Positions 8,058-16,811 of a stretch of 42,552 nucleotides of DNA are shown piece after piece. The position numbers were made by a program, and so were the translations under genes. The stretch lies in contig JANYDV010000266.1 of assembly GCA_025363505.1 (NCBI GenBank), positions 1 through 42,552 on the forward strand, in the 5' to 3' direction. The notes beneath the pieces are model-generated. The model made no database searches. It saw only the letters and a program-made list of their open reading frames with translations, and was not told the origin of the DNA. Source of the stretch: Bacteroidota bacterium (GTDB taxonomy: Bacteria > Bacteroidota > Ignavibacteria > Palsa-1295). Numbering within the stretch: position 1 is the stretch's first letter; the number at the start of each line of letters is the position of its first letter.

Positions 8058-10940
8058 TTAGGGGAGCAGAATATATCTTCCGAAATATTGAATGATGCCG
8101 TGAGGAGTTTCCTCGCGGCATTCTATTATATAGTAACCCGCTTCGTCCGACACTTCCGTTTCGATCAGATATTCCCCTATAATGATCTGCTGTTGCACCA
8201 CTAAATCTCTTTTCTTTCGTCCTAAGAGATCATAGAGAGCAATAGATATTTTCCCTGTATTCGATGTCCTGAGTTTCGCAGTTAATAATTCACCTCTATG
8301 CAGAGTGCTCGAAAGTATTTGTAAGTTATTTGGATGCGCGAGCGATTCGCGAGTATGTACCAAGCCGGTAAAACGAAGATTTGTAATGAACCACCCGTCG
8401 GCATCGGAGCTGTGAGTTGTAAGTCGAAAACGGACAATCACATTTGAGCCAATATATTTATTGAAACCGATCGTTTCGTGAACGATAGCACTTGAGATTA
8501 CAGAGGAGTGCCACTGATTCGGATTAACTGTCTGATCCCAAACGGTCATCGGTTGAAAATGAACGCCGTCATCTGTCGAGAATTCGAGTATCGCAGAATC
8601 GCCGATTGCAACAGATGCAATATGATCGAACTCCAACGTTCGTGTGCCATCAAGTATTTGAACCGAGGGCAAACAATACCAAGAGTTTGAGTTGGCATTA
8701 TAGTGAATCAATGGAAGTGAATCATTAATAAATGTCGTAGGACTTGTGGCTCCCACAGATGCAGTATCCCAATGGAACGGTGTAAATATATCTTTGCTTG
8801 ATGAAAAATTTTCGGCATAATCAGTGCGCGGATCGCCTCCAAAGAGCCATCGTGGCTCTGAACGCAATGACAGTATCGTATCGCCTTCGGGCAAGTGAGT
8901 AACTACTTGAAGTTGCAACTTATGGTAGCCCGGTGATACTAACAGCAGCCGTTTTGAAGTTTTGCCACTGTTGGCATCAGTGATTTTGATTGTATCAATG
9001 ATGGTATCATCGAGAATAAAAAGGAATTGGTATAAGCCGGTAATAGGAAGACCGGCAATATTTTGGCTGGGTATTTTTATGTTTGCATAAAAACCATTAG
9101 TTGTTGCTTCGCCCGATAATAACTCTGGTGCTTTCGATTCCCACTGAGCGCGAGGATAATATTTGACACGTGCTTGGGCGCTGGTATCGCCGTTGGCGGT
9201 TACTACTTGAATGCTGTAAAAATGATTTTGTGTTTGTGTTGCAAGTTTATCGGTAAAGGATCTGGCGAGGGAAGACAATACGGTATCGACTCCGTTATCT
9301 TCTCGGCGTAATCGGAATTGAAAAGACCCCAGTGGTATGCCACACATTGTTTTCGGATCATATTGCCAATTGAGTAGTGCAAAATGAGTGGTTGCTTGCT
9401 CAGTTGCTGTAAATACTTTGGGTGCGAGGGGCGAATACGGTCTTACTAATGCAACATACAAATCTTGATCATAGCCCACTCTGCCGTCAGCCCATGATGG
9501 ATACCAATGCGTACTCGCAACATCGAGTGCAAGGTAGTCTCCAAGAAATTGGAGTGTATCAGTGCTCCCAAGTGAATCGATACTGCTGGAGACTTTCGGA
9601 TCGAAAGAATTTGACGTTAGTCGAAGCGGGATGAAATTTGAACCGCCATCTCGCGAGAATAGCATATAAGCATCAACCAATTCATTGTTGAGTGAATCGT
9701 TGCGACTGTCATAACAGACTATGCCAATGTCACCATTAGATTTATCAACTGCTATCGCCGGGAAAAATTTATCGGTAGAGTGGGCATTCACATCAGCTTC
9801 TATTGTGGTCGGCGGTGCCCAGTGCGAACCGCGATCATCGCTGGTTGTAAGGTAAATATGAGTCCTTAAATTATTATCTTTCCCTGCCCACGTCATATAA
9901 ATACGCCCGAGGTGCAAGGTAGAATGATCGAGCGCAATTGAGGGAAAGCTATTAACTCTCAAATGTCCTTTAATGACAGGATGAGCATCAGTCCTACCCG
10001 GTGGGTAGAGATGCCCGAGATCAGTATAGCCAGAAACAATTACATCAGAATTAAAACTCTCTCCGCCGTCAGATGAACGAGCAAAATGTATCTGACGATG
10101 TATTGGATCAATGTCTTGATATGAAATAAATAGATCGCCATTAACACCACAGATCGGTATGGGGCATTGAAAATTTGCCGAAGCAGTGATCGCTTTCGGG
10201 GTTGACCATATCTTGCCATTATCAGAGGAATGCGAAACAACTATTTTCCCTTTGCCACTTTCATAGACAACCCAAGATATATAAATGCGACCGGAAAAGG
10301 GACTGGTTGGTGAGTCATCAACACATATATATCCTTTGTCGGCGGTTTGGCTTGCCGAGTGGGGCGCGTTTGAATCAAATACGACTCGCACCGGTAGATC
10401 CCACGATGTTCCTTTGGTTGTTGATCTAAAACAAACAAGATCATTTACGGCATAAGGTAGTCCATCTCGCTCTGAACGTTCATTGCAGAAATATGCGGTG
10501 CCGTTGTGATCGAATACCACAGCGGGATCGAATGGAACATTTGAAAATTGCCAACGAGATTGATGTGGAGCCCCCGCCCAGGATAAGCCGCCGTTAGTAG
10601 AAGTAAAATACCACAGCGAGCTATCGGTGCGATAGTCATTGCAGCCAATAATAATATTATTTACATCTGTCGGATTAATGGCTATCGAGGGTTCGTTTTG
10701 ATCGGCACCTAAAAAAGACGAGACATTAATGTTCGGGAAATCATTTGGCGATTGTAATTCAGGGACAAACGATTGAACTCTGAAATTTGGCTTGAGTAAT
10801 CGAAGTGTTTGTCGCGGTCGTTCGTTTTCGGGGGTTGTTTGTTCCCAGGAGATTGGCAAAAACACGACTGATGTCTGCGCTATGGTTCGCATTGCGAAGA
10901 CTACAATCAGGAGGATGCTCAATATGAATATTCGGCGCAT
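8058..10940 (-). CDS. Secreted BNR/Asp-box beta-propeller (sialidase-fold) protein with Ig-like/lectin-like domains and a probable T9SS C-terminal domain
   Basis: Signal peptide MRRIFILSILLIVVFAMRTIAQ. Six Asp-box motifs are present: STNGGLSW, STTKGTSW, SSDNGKIW, SSDGGESF, SDDRGSHW and SRDGGSNF. The C-terminal ~80 aa (ISIALYDLLGRKK..GYYIIEC..) is T9SS-CTD-like but lacks the PNP motif. Confidence 0.7.
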   Translation of the reverse strand: MRRIFILSILLIVVFAMRTIAQTSVVFLPISWEQTTPENERPRQTLRLLKPNFRVQSFVPELQSPNDFPNINVSSFLGADQNEPSIAINPTDVNNIIIGCNDYRTDSSLWYFTSTNGGLSWAGAPHQSRWQFSNVPFDPAVVFDHNGTAYFCNERSERDGLPYAVNDLVCFRSTTKGTSWDLPVRVVFDSNAPHSASQTADKGYICVDDSPTSPFSGRIYISWVVYESGKGKIVVSHSSDNGKIWSTPKAITASANFQCPIPICGVNGDLFISYQDIDPIHRQIHFARSSDGGESFNSDVIVSGYTDLGHLYPPGRTDAHPVIKGHLRVNSFPSIALDHSTLHLGRIYMTWAGKDNNLRTHIYLTTSDDRGSHWAPPTTIEADVNAHSTDKFFPAIAVDKSNGDIGIVCYDSRNDSLNNELVDAYMLFSRDGGSNFIPLRLTSNSFDPKVSSSIDSLGSTDTLQFLGDYLALDVASTHWYPSWADGRVGYDQDLYVALVRPYSPLAPKVFTATEQATTHFALLNWQYDPKTMCGIPLGSFQFRLRREDNGVDTVLSSLARSFTDKLATQTQNHFYSIQVVTANGDTSAQARVKYYPRAQWESKAPELLSGEATTNGFYANIKIPSQNIAGLPITGLYQFLFILDDTIIDTIKITDANSGKTSKRLLLVSPGYHKLQLQVVTHLPEGDTILSLRSEPRWLFGGDPRTDYAENFSSSKDIFTPFHWDTASVGATSPTTFINDSLPLIHYNANSNSWYCLPSVQILDGTRTLEFDHIASVAIGDSAILEFSTDDGVHFQPMTVWDQTVNPNQWHSSVISSAIVHETIGFNKYIGSNVIVRFRLTTHSSDADGWFITNLRFTGLVHTRESLAHPNNLQILSSTLHRGELLTAKLRTSNTGKISIALYDLLGRKKRDLVVQQQIIIGEYLIETEVSDEAGYYIIECREETPHGIIQYFGRYILLP

Positions 10941-10985
10941 GATGTCTGTTTTGATAACGGTGAGTTATCAAGAAAAAAATCCCCC

Positions 10986-10993
10986 CAAAAATA
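10986..10993 (-). promoter_or_regulatory. Candidate '-7' box TATTTTTG for the BNR-propeller gene
   Basis: Plus strand reads CAAAAATA, 45 nt upstream of the ATG at 10940. It overlaps the U-tract of the rpsT terminator. Confidence 0.4.
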
Positions 10994-10994
10994 A

Positions 10995-11026
10995 AAGGCT
11001 TATCTCCCGAATAGGAGATAAGCCTT
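10995..11026 (-). terminator. Rho-independent terminator of rpsT
   Basis: Perfect 13-bp stem AAGGCTTATCTCC/GGAGATAAGCCTT with a 6-nt loop. A T-rich run follows on the minus strand. It lies 25 nt after the rpsT stop. Confidence 0.85.
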
Positions 11027-11050
11027 CAAAACTAAGAACACGTCCAGAGT

Positions 11051-11308
11051 TTATGCTACGACTGCCGAAGATTTGACTGCACGCATCAACTGCGACTTCT
11101 TGTTTGAAGCGTAGTTTTTCTTGATCAAGCCTTTGCGAGCCAGACGATCGAGTGTGCTCTGTAATTTCTTTACAGATGCCATTGCTTCGCCCGCAGCCGG
11201 GTCAAAGCTCTTCATCAACTTGCGCATATCAACTTTTTGCCCTTTGTTGGCAACGCGACGCTTTTCTGATAACCGTACGCGACGTACGGCGCCTTTGTGT
11301 TGTGGCAT
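11051..11308 (-). CDS. rpsT: 30S ribosomal protein S20
   Basis: 85-aa basic protein. MPQHKGAVRRVRLSEKRRVANKG.. and ..LARKGLIKKNYASNKKSQL are the typical S20 N- and C-terminal strings. Confidence 0.93.
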   Translation of the reverse strand: MPQHKGAVRRVRLSEKRRVANKGQKVDMRKLMKSFDPAAGEAMASVKKLQSTLDRLARKGLIKKNYASNKKSQLMRAVKSSAVVA

Positions 11309-11380
11309 AAAATCTTATTTCCTTACAGTAAAAAACAATAAATTTTGGGACGCTTACAACAGCCCTCTTGCTGTAAGAGT

Positions 11381-12079
11381 TCAGTGGTTTTGGCGTTTGT
11401 GGTGGTTCATCCTGTGTATTTCGGATACTTCAATTATCTTTCCTATACTTGAATGATCCTCTAATGACATTAAAAACGCTTCTGCAAGCTCGGAACGGGT
11501 GATGTTGCCGGATTTACGAGCAATATCGCCGTACTTTCCGGGCATTAACCCTAAGACTGATAAAACCGGACCCATCAGTATAGGCCACTGCTGAGAAGGT
11601 CCGATAATGAATGCCGGGCGAAAGATTGTCCAATCAAGATTTGCACTCATAATTGCTTGCTCGGCTTTAGCTTTACATCGGACGTAATAACTGTTGCCGA
11701 TGGCACCCGCCGATAACAACAAGATGCGTTTTAAGCCGCAGCGCTTGAGTGCAATGGCAGTTGCTGCTGCTGACCCGACATCTATATCATCATAGGTCAT
11801 ACCTGATGCTTTTGCTTCTTTCCTACGAATGCCGACAAGATGAACAAGTGCCGAACATCCTTCCAGTGCTCGAATGATGTCATTTGATTCGAGGACATTT
11901 CCAATAATATACTCGAGCTGATCGGAAAATCTTTCTTTGAGAAATTCGAGCTTTTGTGCCGAGCGTTCATTACGCACAAGACACCGAACATTATATCCAT
12001 GTTCTAAAAACAAACTAACGACTCCTGTTCCGACGAAGCCCGTGCCGCCGGTGACACAAATTGTAGATGCTTTGGTCAT
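11381..12079 (-). CDS. NAD(P)-binding atypical SDR (NmrA/NDUFA9-like epimerase-fold protein)
   Basis: Rossmann motif CVTGGTGFVGTGVV at the N-terminus, about 230 aa. I prefer the ATG at 12079; the track uses the TTG one codon upstream. Confidence 0.7.
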   Translation of the reverse strand: MTKASTICVTGGTGFVGTGVVSLFLEHGYNVRCLVRNERSAQKLEFLKERFSDQLEYIIGNVLESNDIIRALEGCSALVHLVGIRRKEAKASGMTYDDIDVGSAAATAIALKRCGLKRILLLSAGAIGNSYYVRCKAKAEQAIMSANLDWTIFRPAFIIGPSQQWPILMGPVLSVLGLMPGKYGDIARKSGNITRSELAEAFLMSLEDHSSIGKIIEVSEIHRMNHHKRQNH

Positions 12080-12085
12080 CAAAGA

Positions 12086-12250
12086 TTAATAATGATAAAC
12101 TATACCAATGCGATACGAGCGTGGGCTACCTGCGGTGAAATGTAATTCACTGGCAATATCAGTCGGTTCGCCACGAAGCCGTGAACCGGTATCGAACTGC
12201 GCTTCGTTCCAATCGACATTAAACAGGTTTTTATAGGGTAAGAATGTGTT
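12086..12250 (-). pseudogene. Relic of the C-terminal end of a TonB-dependent receptor (last ~54 codons, no start)
   Basis: My hand translation of the minus strand gives NTFLPYKNLFNVDWNEAQFDTGSRLRGEPTDIASELHFTAGSPRSYRIGIVYHY*. This has the TBDR terminal-strand pattern (NLF..W.EAQF...SRL..EP....IHFTPG.PR....G..Y.F/Y). An in-frame TGA lies immediately upstream (12251-12253), and there is no start codon or N-terminal part. Confidence 0.65.
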
Positions 12251-12280
12251 TCATTACTGTGGGATGAAATGTTTCCTAAT

Positions 12281-12314
12281 AAAAAGGGCGGAGTATACTA
12301 TACCCCGCCCTTTT
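12281..12314 (-). terminator. Rho-independent terminator of the DUF4331 gene
   Basis: The minus strand reads AAAAGGGCGG..(13-nt partly self-pairing loop)..CCGCCCTTTTT. It lies 24 nt after the stop at 12338. Confidence 0.8.
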
Positions 12315-12337
12315 GAAAATAGAACTGCTAAAGAATA

Positions 12338-14374
12338 TTAGCGAGTAATTGTTACTTTCAATGTCTGCTCACGATTGCCATTGACAACCAAACCGACATA
12401 ATAAACACCTGCTGAAATATTCGCAGTTGGTGACCAATCAAGTGTAAAGTCACCAGGCAACTGAGTACCATCAAATAATGACTGGATAGCTCTGCCGTTG
12501 AGATCATATACAACTACAGCAACAGTACCGGCATCATTGAGATGGTAGTTGAAGCGTGTGGTTGTGCTGACAGGGTTCGGATAGTTTGAACCGTTGAAGA
12601 AGTTCTGCGGTGCACGGATGCCGATTGATGTTGGCTGATCTTTTTTGACAACGCTCGAAGTGCGGAGACCGTCTGAACCACGATGTGGTGCAGCGAGGTA
12701 AGGCCATTGTGCACGGAACGGTACGTCATTATGATCAATTCCTGCATTCCAACCCACCTTCGCAAGAAGCTGAGGAGTTGTTGCGGGCTGACCTGCGACA
12801 TAATCGTCAGTCCAGAGACCAATAGCATTCAATACTAAACCACCAACTGCCTGCATCTCGATACGGGTAACGTCATCTTCAAGACGACGACCATTCGGGA
12901 AACCATCCATATTAGGGATGTTTTGCAATGTGGTATTTGTATTGTACGCAGGGTCTAACAATCCAAGAACAGCCGCTTGAATCAAACCTTCAGAACTGAA
13001 TTTTGCATCGTTACGCGGAGTAACAGGTACTGCCATGTTCAAACGAAGCATGTCGCCAAGTGTGGCAAGGAAGTTATGAATGAAAGGCTTTCCTGCTGAA
13101 AGCGGACCACTGGTCTTGCCGGTTGCAAGTTGATATGGTACGGCATTCGGAACACCTGTGTAGAAAATTGGCAAAAGATCAACCGAACGTGGTTTGCCTT
13201 TTTGCAATAAGATTTTTCCATAGGTATTTGAATCAAGAGCTGTCCCGGCGCCGGCATTAGTAGCAAGCAAGCCATAGAGACCGTCTTTACCATAACGGAA
13301 GTTAAATGAACCGAGCGAAGCAGAATCAACACGAAGGTCAAGCAATGTGCCAACGGCTGCTGCAAACGGACCACCACCGGTATAGAGTGTCAACTCAGGA
13401 TTTGAGAAGTTATCAGCAAATTGCAAATCACTTCCGCCGTAAGGTGATGTCGCATTCCATTTATCTTTTTGTCCAATAGGAATGATCGCTTCGTTAGTAA
13501 GCGGCATACCGAGACGTGATACCTGTACAAAGTCTGTCGAAACAACAGGCTTGCTGCCATCAGCTTGTAATGTCGTCACTTTCGGACGTGAAGCCGAAGC
13601 CCACACCCCAATGACGAAATCAGCGTCAAGAATACTCGATGCTTGGCTGACAGGTTTGTGATCCTTCTGGAGCATAGCGATTGGAATCTTCAATGCAATT
13701 GTGTGGCAATTAAAGCCGGCGAGAGCATCAACTTTGCTACCTTTGCGGAAATTACCGAGATCAAAAATACCGGCAAGATCAACGAAGAACGGATCATCAA
13801 CCGGTCCGCAGAAGAGCGTTTCGCCGCTCGATGCAGTGGTGATAGCTTCTGCCATAAGTTGGTCATACGACTTCCCGAGACCGACGGTTGTATTATCGAT
13901 CGAACGAGGTCCGATATTGTTGGGGGGAACAATACCATTCGATTTGATCGTGGTCCATGTTGAACCGTTATTCGTGCTTTTTTCACACGTATAAGTAGTT
14001 TTCAAATTCTGCTTACCTAAACGGATGTTGAAGAACGTTGTAGGATCTTCGTTGGTCTGTTTAAATGTAAAACGATAGGTGATATCATCACCGGTCGTCG
14101 CAGCATTATTCTTGATGTGAATTTCATAACGAATGTTTTCGCCAAAACTAAAGTAGTTCGGTCCGCCTTCAGGCAGTTCGAACGGAATGTAGTTAGCGAT
14201 AATCGTGATGGTCGTCGGATCATCCGGCGAACGGAAGGCATAGAGATCAGTATTATCCGCAAGCGGATCATTGCTAATCATCGGTGCTTCGCGATGGCTC
14301 GATGCCATTGCTACAGTCGTTGCAAATAATAATGCAACGGCTGCAAAAAGAGAAGTTAAACGCAGTCTGTTCAT
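12338..14374 (-). CDS. Secreted DUF4331-domain protein with a T9SS type-A C-terminal sorting domain
   Basis: A signal peptide is followed by the DUF4331 hallmark SSHREAPMISNDPLADNTDLYAFRSP. The C-terminus NYPNPVSTTTRFNYHLNDAGTVAVVVYDLNGRAI..GVYYVGLVVNG..KVTITR is a classic T9SS CTD. Confidence 0.8.
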   Translation of the reverse strand: MNRLRLTSLFAAVALLFATTVAMASSHREAPMISNDPLADNTDLYAFRSPDDPTTITIIANYIPFELPEGGPNYFSFGENIRYEIHIKNNAATTGDDITYRFTFKQTNEDPTTFFNIRLGKQNLKTTYTCEKSTNNGSTWTTIKSNGIVPPNNIGPRSIDNTTVGLGKSYDQLMAEAITTASSGETLFCGPVDDPFFVDLAGIFDLGNFRKGSKVDALAGFNCHTIALKIPIAMLQKDHKPVSQASSILDADFVIGVWASASRPKVTTLQADGSKPVVSTDFVQVSRLGMPLTNEAIIPIGQKDKWNATSPYGGSDLQFADNFSNPELTLYTGGGPFAAAVGTLLDLRVDSASLGSFNFRYGKDGLYGLLATNAGAGTALDSNTYGKILLQKGKPRSVDLLPIFYTGVPNAVPYQLATGKTSGPLSAGKPFIHNFLATLGDMLRLNMAVPVTPRNDAKFSSEGLIQAAVLGLLDPAYNTNTTLQNIPNMDGFPNGRRLEDDVTRIEMQAVGGLVLNAIGLWTDDYVAGQPATTPQLLAKVGWNAGIDHNDVPFRAQWPYLAAPHRGSDGLRTSSVVKKDQPTSIGIRAPQNFFNGSNYPNPVSTTTRFNYHLNDAGTVAVVVYDLNGRAIQSLFDGTQLPGDFTLDWSPTANISAGVYYVGLVVNGNREQTLKVTITR

Positions 14375-14535
14375 AGACGTAAGTTAATTAGTGAAAAAAT
14401 GTTGCTCGTTGACTGTGAGTCGTGAACAAGTAGTGGAGATACAGTGATAATCCTGTTTTGGATTTAGATTGTGGAAACAAAATCCTCAGTGAGCGTGAGT
14501 ATGATGTATTACCAACATAGCAAAAAAGAATCGTG

Positions 14536-14543
14536 CAAATTTA
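14536..14543 (-). promoter_or_regulatory. Candidate '-7' box TAAATTTG upstream of the DUF4331 gene
   Basis: Plus strand reads CAAATTTA, inside the 315-nt gap and about 160 nt upstream of the ATG at 14374. I could not recognise an ECF-type promoter. Confidence 0.3.
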
Positions 14544-14689
14544 CCCTAATTTGGGATGGTAAGTATTATACTATAGTCGTAAAACATTGTAAAATGCACA
14601 CTAATAGGGTAAGGGACCTAGATAATACACCAAAATGAAGAGGCAATCGATGTCTTCGTCTTTGGTAAAAGTGCGTAAGAGTAAGGAGT

Positions 14690-15280
14690 TTACTGTCGCG
14701 GGAATAGTTCGTAGGGCACCGGGAGTTTGAGAAGTAATTCGCAACCGTCATTCGAAAAGACGTCATGATGCTCTGCGCCTTCACGAGCGGCGACAAAATC
14801 GCCACCGGTAAGGGAATGTCCGTTAATCTGAAGATCACCGCTGATAACGTAGCATTCTTCGGTGCCGCGATGAGGGTGATCGGGATATTTCGTCCCGGCA
14901 CTTAAGCGAACGAGAACCATAACCTTACCTTCTTCATCACCATAAAGCATTTTGTAGGAAATGCCGTCAATGATCGTTTCAGACCAATGCGATTGTTCTT
15001 TGGTAAGGATATAATGTAAGTCATCAATATCCGCAGCAGGGTTTTCAGAAATCTTTGCCAAAATCTTGCCTTTTATGTTATCTCGTGGAGAAGGTGCGTT
15101 GCGAGATAAGTCACTATAAAGTGCAGATAAACCTTCGGATTGCAAGGCAAGCTCGGCAACATAAGCCGGGTTCACTCGAACTTCCAGCTCGAATGCTACT
15201 TCTTCATCCGGGTTCATAGAACCGGAAATGTATCGTTGTACGATACTCTGAAGTTCAGTTATTTCATTTGCTTGCGACAT
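14690..15280 (-). CDS. Cytoplasmic anti-sigma factor, ChrR-like (N-terminal anti-sigma domain + C-terminal cupin)
   Basis: It sits directly downstream of an ECF sigma and has no TM helix. The C-terminal cupin carries the metal motif H-P-H-R-G-T-E (H, +2 H, +6 E) plus a later HH, as in ChrR. The N-terminal 50 residues contain no His or Cys, so there is no ZAS HxxxCxxC motif. Confidence 0.65.
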   Translation of the reverse strand: MSQANEITELQSIVQRYISGSMNPDEEVAFELEVRVNPAYVAELALQSEGLSALYSDLSRNAPSPRDNIKGKILAKISENPAADIDDLHYILTKEQSHWSETIIDGISYKMLYGDEEGKVMVLVRLSAGTKYPDHPHRGTEECYVISGDLQINGHSLTGGDFVAAREGAEHHDVFSNDGCELLLKLPVPYELFPRQ

Positions 15281-15348
15281 TACTAAATACTTTTAAAGTG
15301 ATCTATCTCCACCGTAATACAATACAAGTGTGGCTTTGGATGTGGAAA

Positions 15349-15927
15349 TTATGTTAATTCTCCGCGAAGATAACTCAATTGTTCTCGCAGTGCCAATAAC
15401 CCGTTACGAATTCTTGTCTTCACCGTCCCGAGAGGCATCTTCAGATTCTCGGAAATCTCGCTATGTGAAAATCCTTGCATAAATGCAAGTTCAAGCAGCG
15501 CCGATTGTTCTTTTGGAATTTTTCGCATCGCTTCGCTGAGCAAACGAGACTCTTCATCCGCTGTGGTTTTATCGAAGAGATCATCAGCCCGAAGTTGAGA
15601 ATTTATTGCCGAAGAGTCATCATCCGGCAACGGCATTTCGGCTTGTTTCATCCGAGATCGTTTTGACCGGATGAGATTGATAGCCCGATTATGAGCAATT
15701 CGGATGAGCCAATTTTTTGGTAATCCAAGCTCCGGTTTGTAAGAATGGGCTTTGCGCCAAACTTGTATGAAGACTTCCTGCAAGATATCTTCGGCATCAT
15801 CAGTATCGCGAAGAAGGCGCAATAATGCACCATAGAGCACGCGAGAATATCGGTCATAAAGCTCCGAAAGTGCCGCTGGATCGCCTGTGGCAATAGCCTG
15901 AAGTATTTCTTGGTCGTTTTTTTGCAT
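15349..15927 (-). CDS. ECF-type RNA polymerase sigma factor (sigma-70 regions 2 and 4)
   Basis: Region 2 reads DAEDILQEVFIQVWRKAHSY..NWLIRIAHNRAINLIR. Region 4 reads EQSALLELAFMQGFSHSEISENLKMPLGTVKTRIRNGLLALRE. Confidence 0.9.
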   Translation of the reverse strand: MQKNDQEILQAIATGDPAALSELYDRYSRVLYGALLRLLRDTDDAEDILQEVFIQVWRKAHSYKPELGLPKNWLIRIAHNRAINLIRSKRSRMKQAEMPLPDDDSSAINSQLRADDLFDKTTADEESRLLSEAMRKIPKEQSALLELAFMQGFSHSEISENLKMPLGTVKTRIRNGLLALREQLSYLRGELT

Positions 15928-15938
15928 TCTTCGCTATG

Positions 15939-15946
15939 CAAAGATA
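15939..15946 (-). promoter_or_regulatory. Candidate '-7' box TATCTTTG for the ECF sigma gene
   Basis: Plus strand reads CAAAGATA, with 11 nt between the box and the ATG at 15927. It is divergent from the kdsB box. Confidence 0.45.
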
Positions 15947-16043
15947 TGGTATTAATATGGCACATGTAACAATAGTTTTCTCACGAGCAATCCATATAAA
16001 CAGTGACCTATTGGTAAATAGATGGCTGGGGTTGTTCTTTCCG

Positions 16044-16051
16044 TAGTTTTG
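16044..16051 (+). promoter_or_regulatory. Candidate '-7' box TAGTTTTG for the kdsB operon (near-leaderless)
   Basis: CCGTAGTTTTGTGG, with only 7 nt between the box and the ATG at 16059. Confidence 0.45.
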
Positions 16052-16058
16052 TGGTTCA

Positions 16059-16811
16059 ATGAAAACAGCTATTATTATACCAGCACGGCTAGCGTCGGTG
16101 AGATTGCCGCGAAAGCCGCTTAAACTCATTTCGGGTATGTCGCTTATTGAGCGTGTGTATCGTGGATGCGCTAAAGCTCAAGGCATTGCCGAACTCATCG
16201 TCGCAACCGATAGCGAAGAGATCAGATCTCATGTCGAATCCTTCGGCGGGAAGGTTGTCATGACACCGCCCGAATGTGAGAACGGCACTATGCGTGTCGC
16301 AACTGCCGCAAAAGAATTATCCCAGGACATTGATGTCATTATTAACGTGCAAGGCGACGAGCCGCTTATCGATGCTGTCGTAATCGAAAAACTTCGTGAA
16401 TGTTTTGAACGCGGTCCGGGTGTGCATATTGCTACACCAATTTCCCCGATGATCGAACAAAGTGATATGCAAAATCCATCTGCGGTTAAAGTTGCTCTGA
16501 GTCGGGATAACCGCGCGTTGTATTTTTCTCGTGCACCGATTCCGTTTGATCGTGATGGTGAGAAATCTCTTTCATCCGGAATGTTCTGGAAGCATATTGG
16601 TGTCTATGGCTTCCGAAAAAAAACTCTTCAGCAAATAATGACACTGCCAATGTGTCCGCTCGAAGAAACCGAAAAGCTTGAGCAATTGCGTTGGCTTGAT
16701 GCAGGTTATTCGATTCATTGTGTGTCAGTGGATTATGATTCTGTTGCAGTTGATACTCAAGATGATGTGCTTCGTGTTGAATCAATATTAACACTTCGAG
16801 GGCAAGCCTAA
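16059..16811 (+). CDS. kdsB: 3-deoxy-manno-octulosonate cytidylyltransferase (CMP-Kdo synthetase)
   Basis: The N-terminus IIIPARLASVRLPRKPL, then VQGDEPLI, and a length of ~250 aa fit KdsB. Confidence 0.9.
   Translation: MKTAIIIPARLASVRLPRKPLKLISGMSLIERVYRGCAKAQGIAELIVATDSEEIRSHVESFGGKVVMTPPECENGTMRVATAAKELSQDIDVIINVQGDEPLIDAVVIEKLRECFERGPGVHIATPISPMIEQSDMQNPSAVKVALSRDNRALYFSRAPIPFDRDGEKSLSSGMFWKHIGVYGFRKKTLQQIMTLPMCPLEETEKLEQLRWLDAGYSIHCVSVDYDSVAVDTQDDVLRVESILTLRGQA

Noticed and set aside
7609-8121. A 170-aa Arg/His-rich ORF, an 86-aa poly-Ser ORF (7676-7936, minus) and a 90-aa Met/Thr-rich ORF (7789-8061, plus) overlapping the end of the STAS gene.
   Set aside because: They are frame and strand shadows of the GAT/GAC/GAA low-complexity tract. 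Their compositions are not protein-like, and they lack promoter or SD signals, whereas the STAS frame has both.
14566-14901. A 111-aa minus-strand ORF spanning the anti-sigma 3' end and part of the 315-nt gap. Nested ORFs inside the DUF4331 gene (12514-12828, 13039-13377, 13643-13994 and others) fall in the same category.
   Set aside because: They overlap well-supported genes out of frame and have unremarkable composition with no signals. I treat them as shadows.
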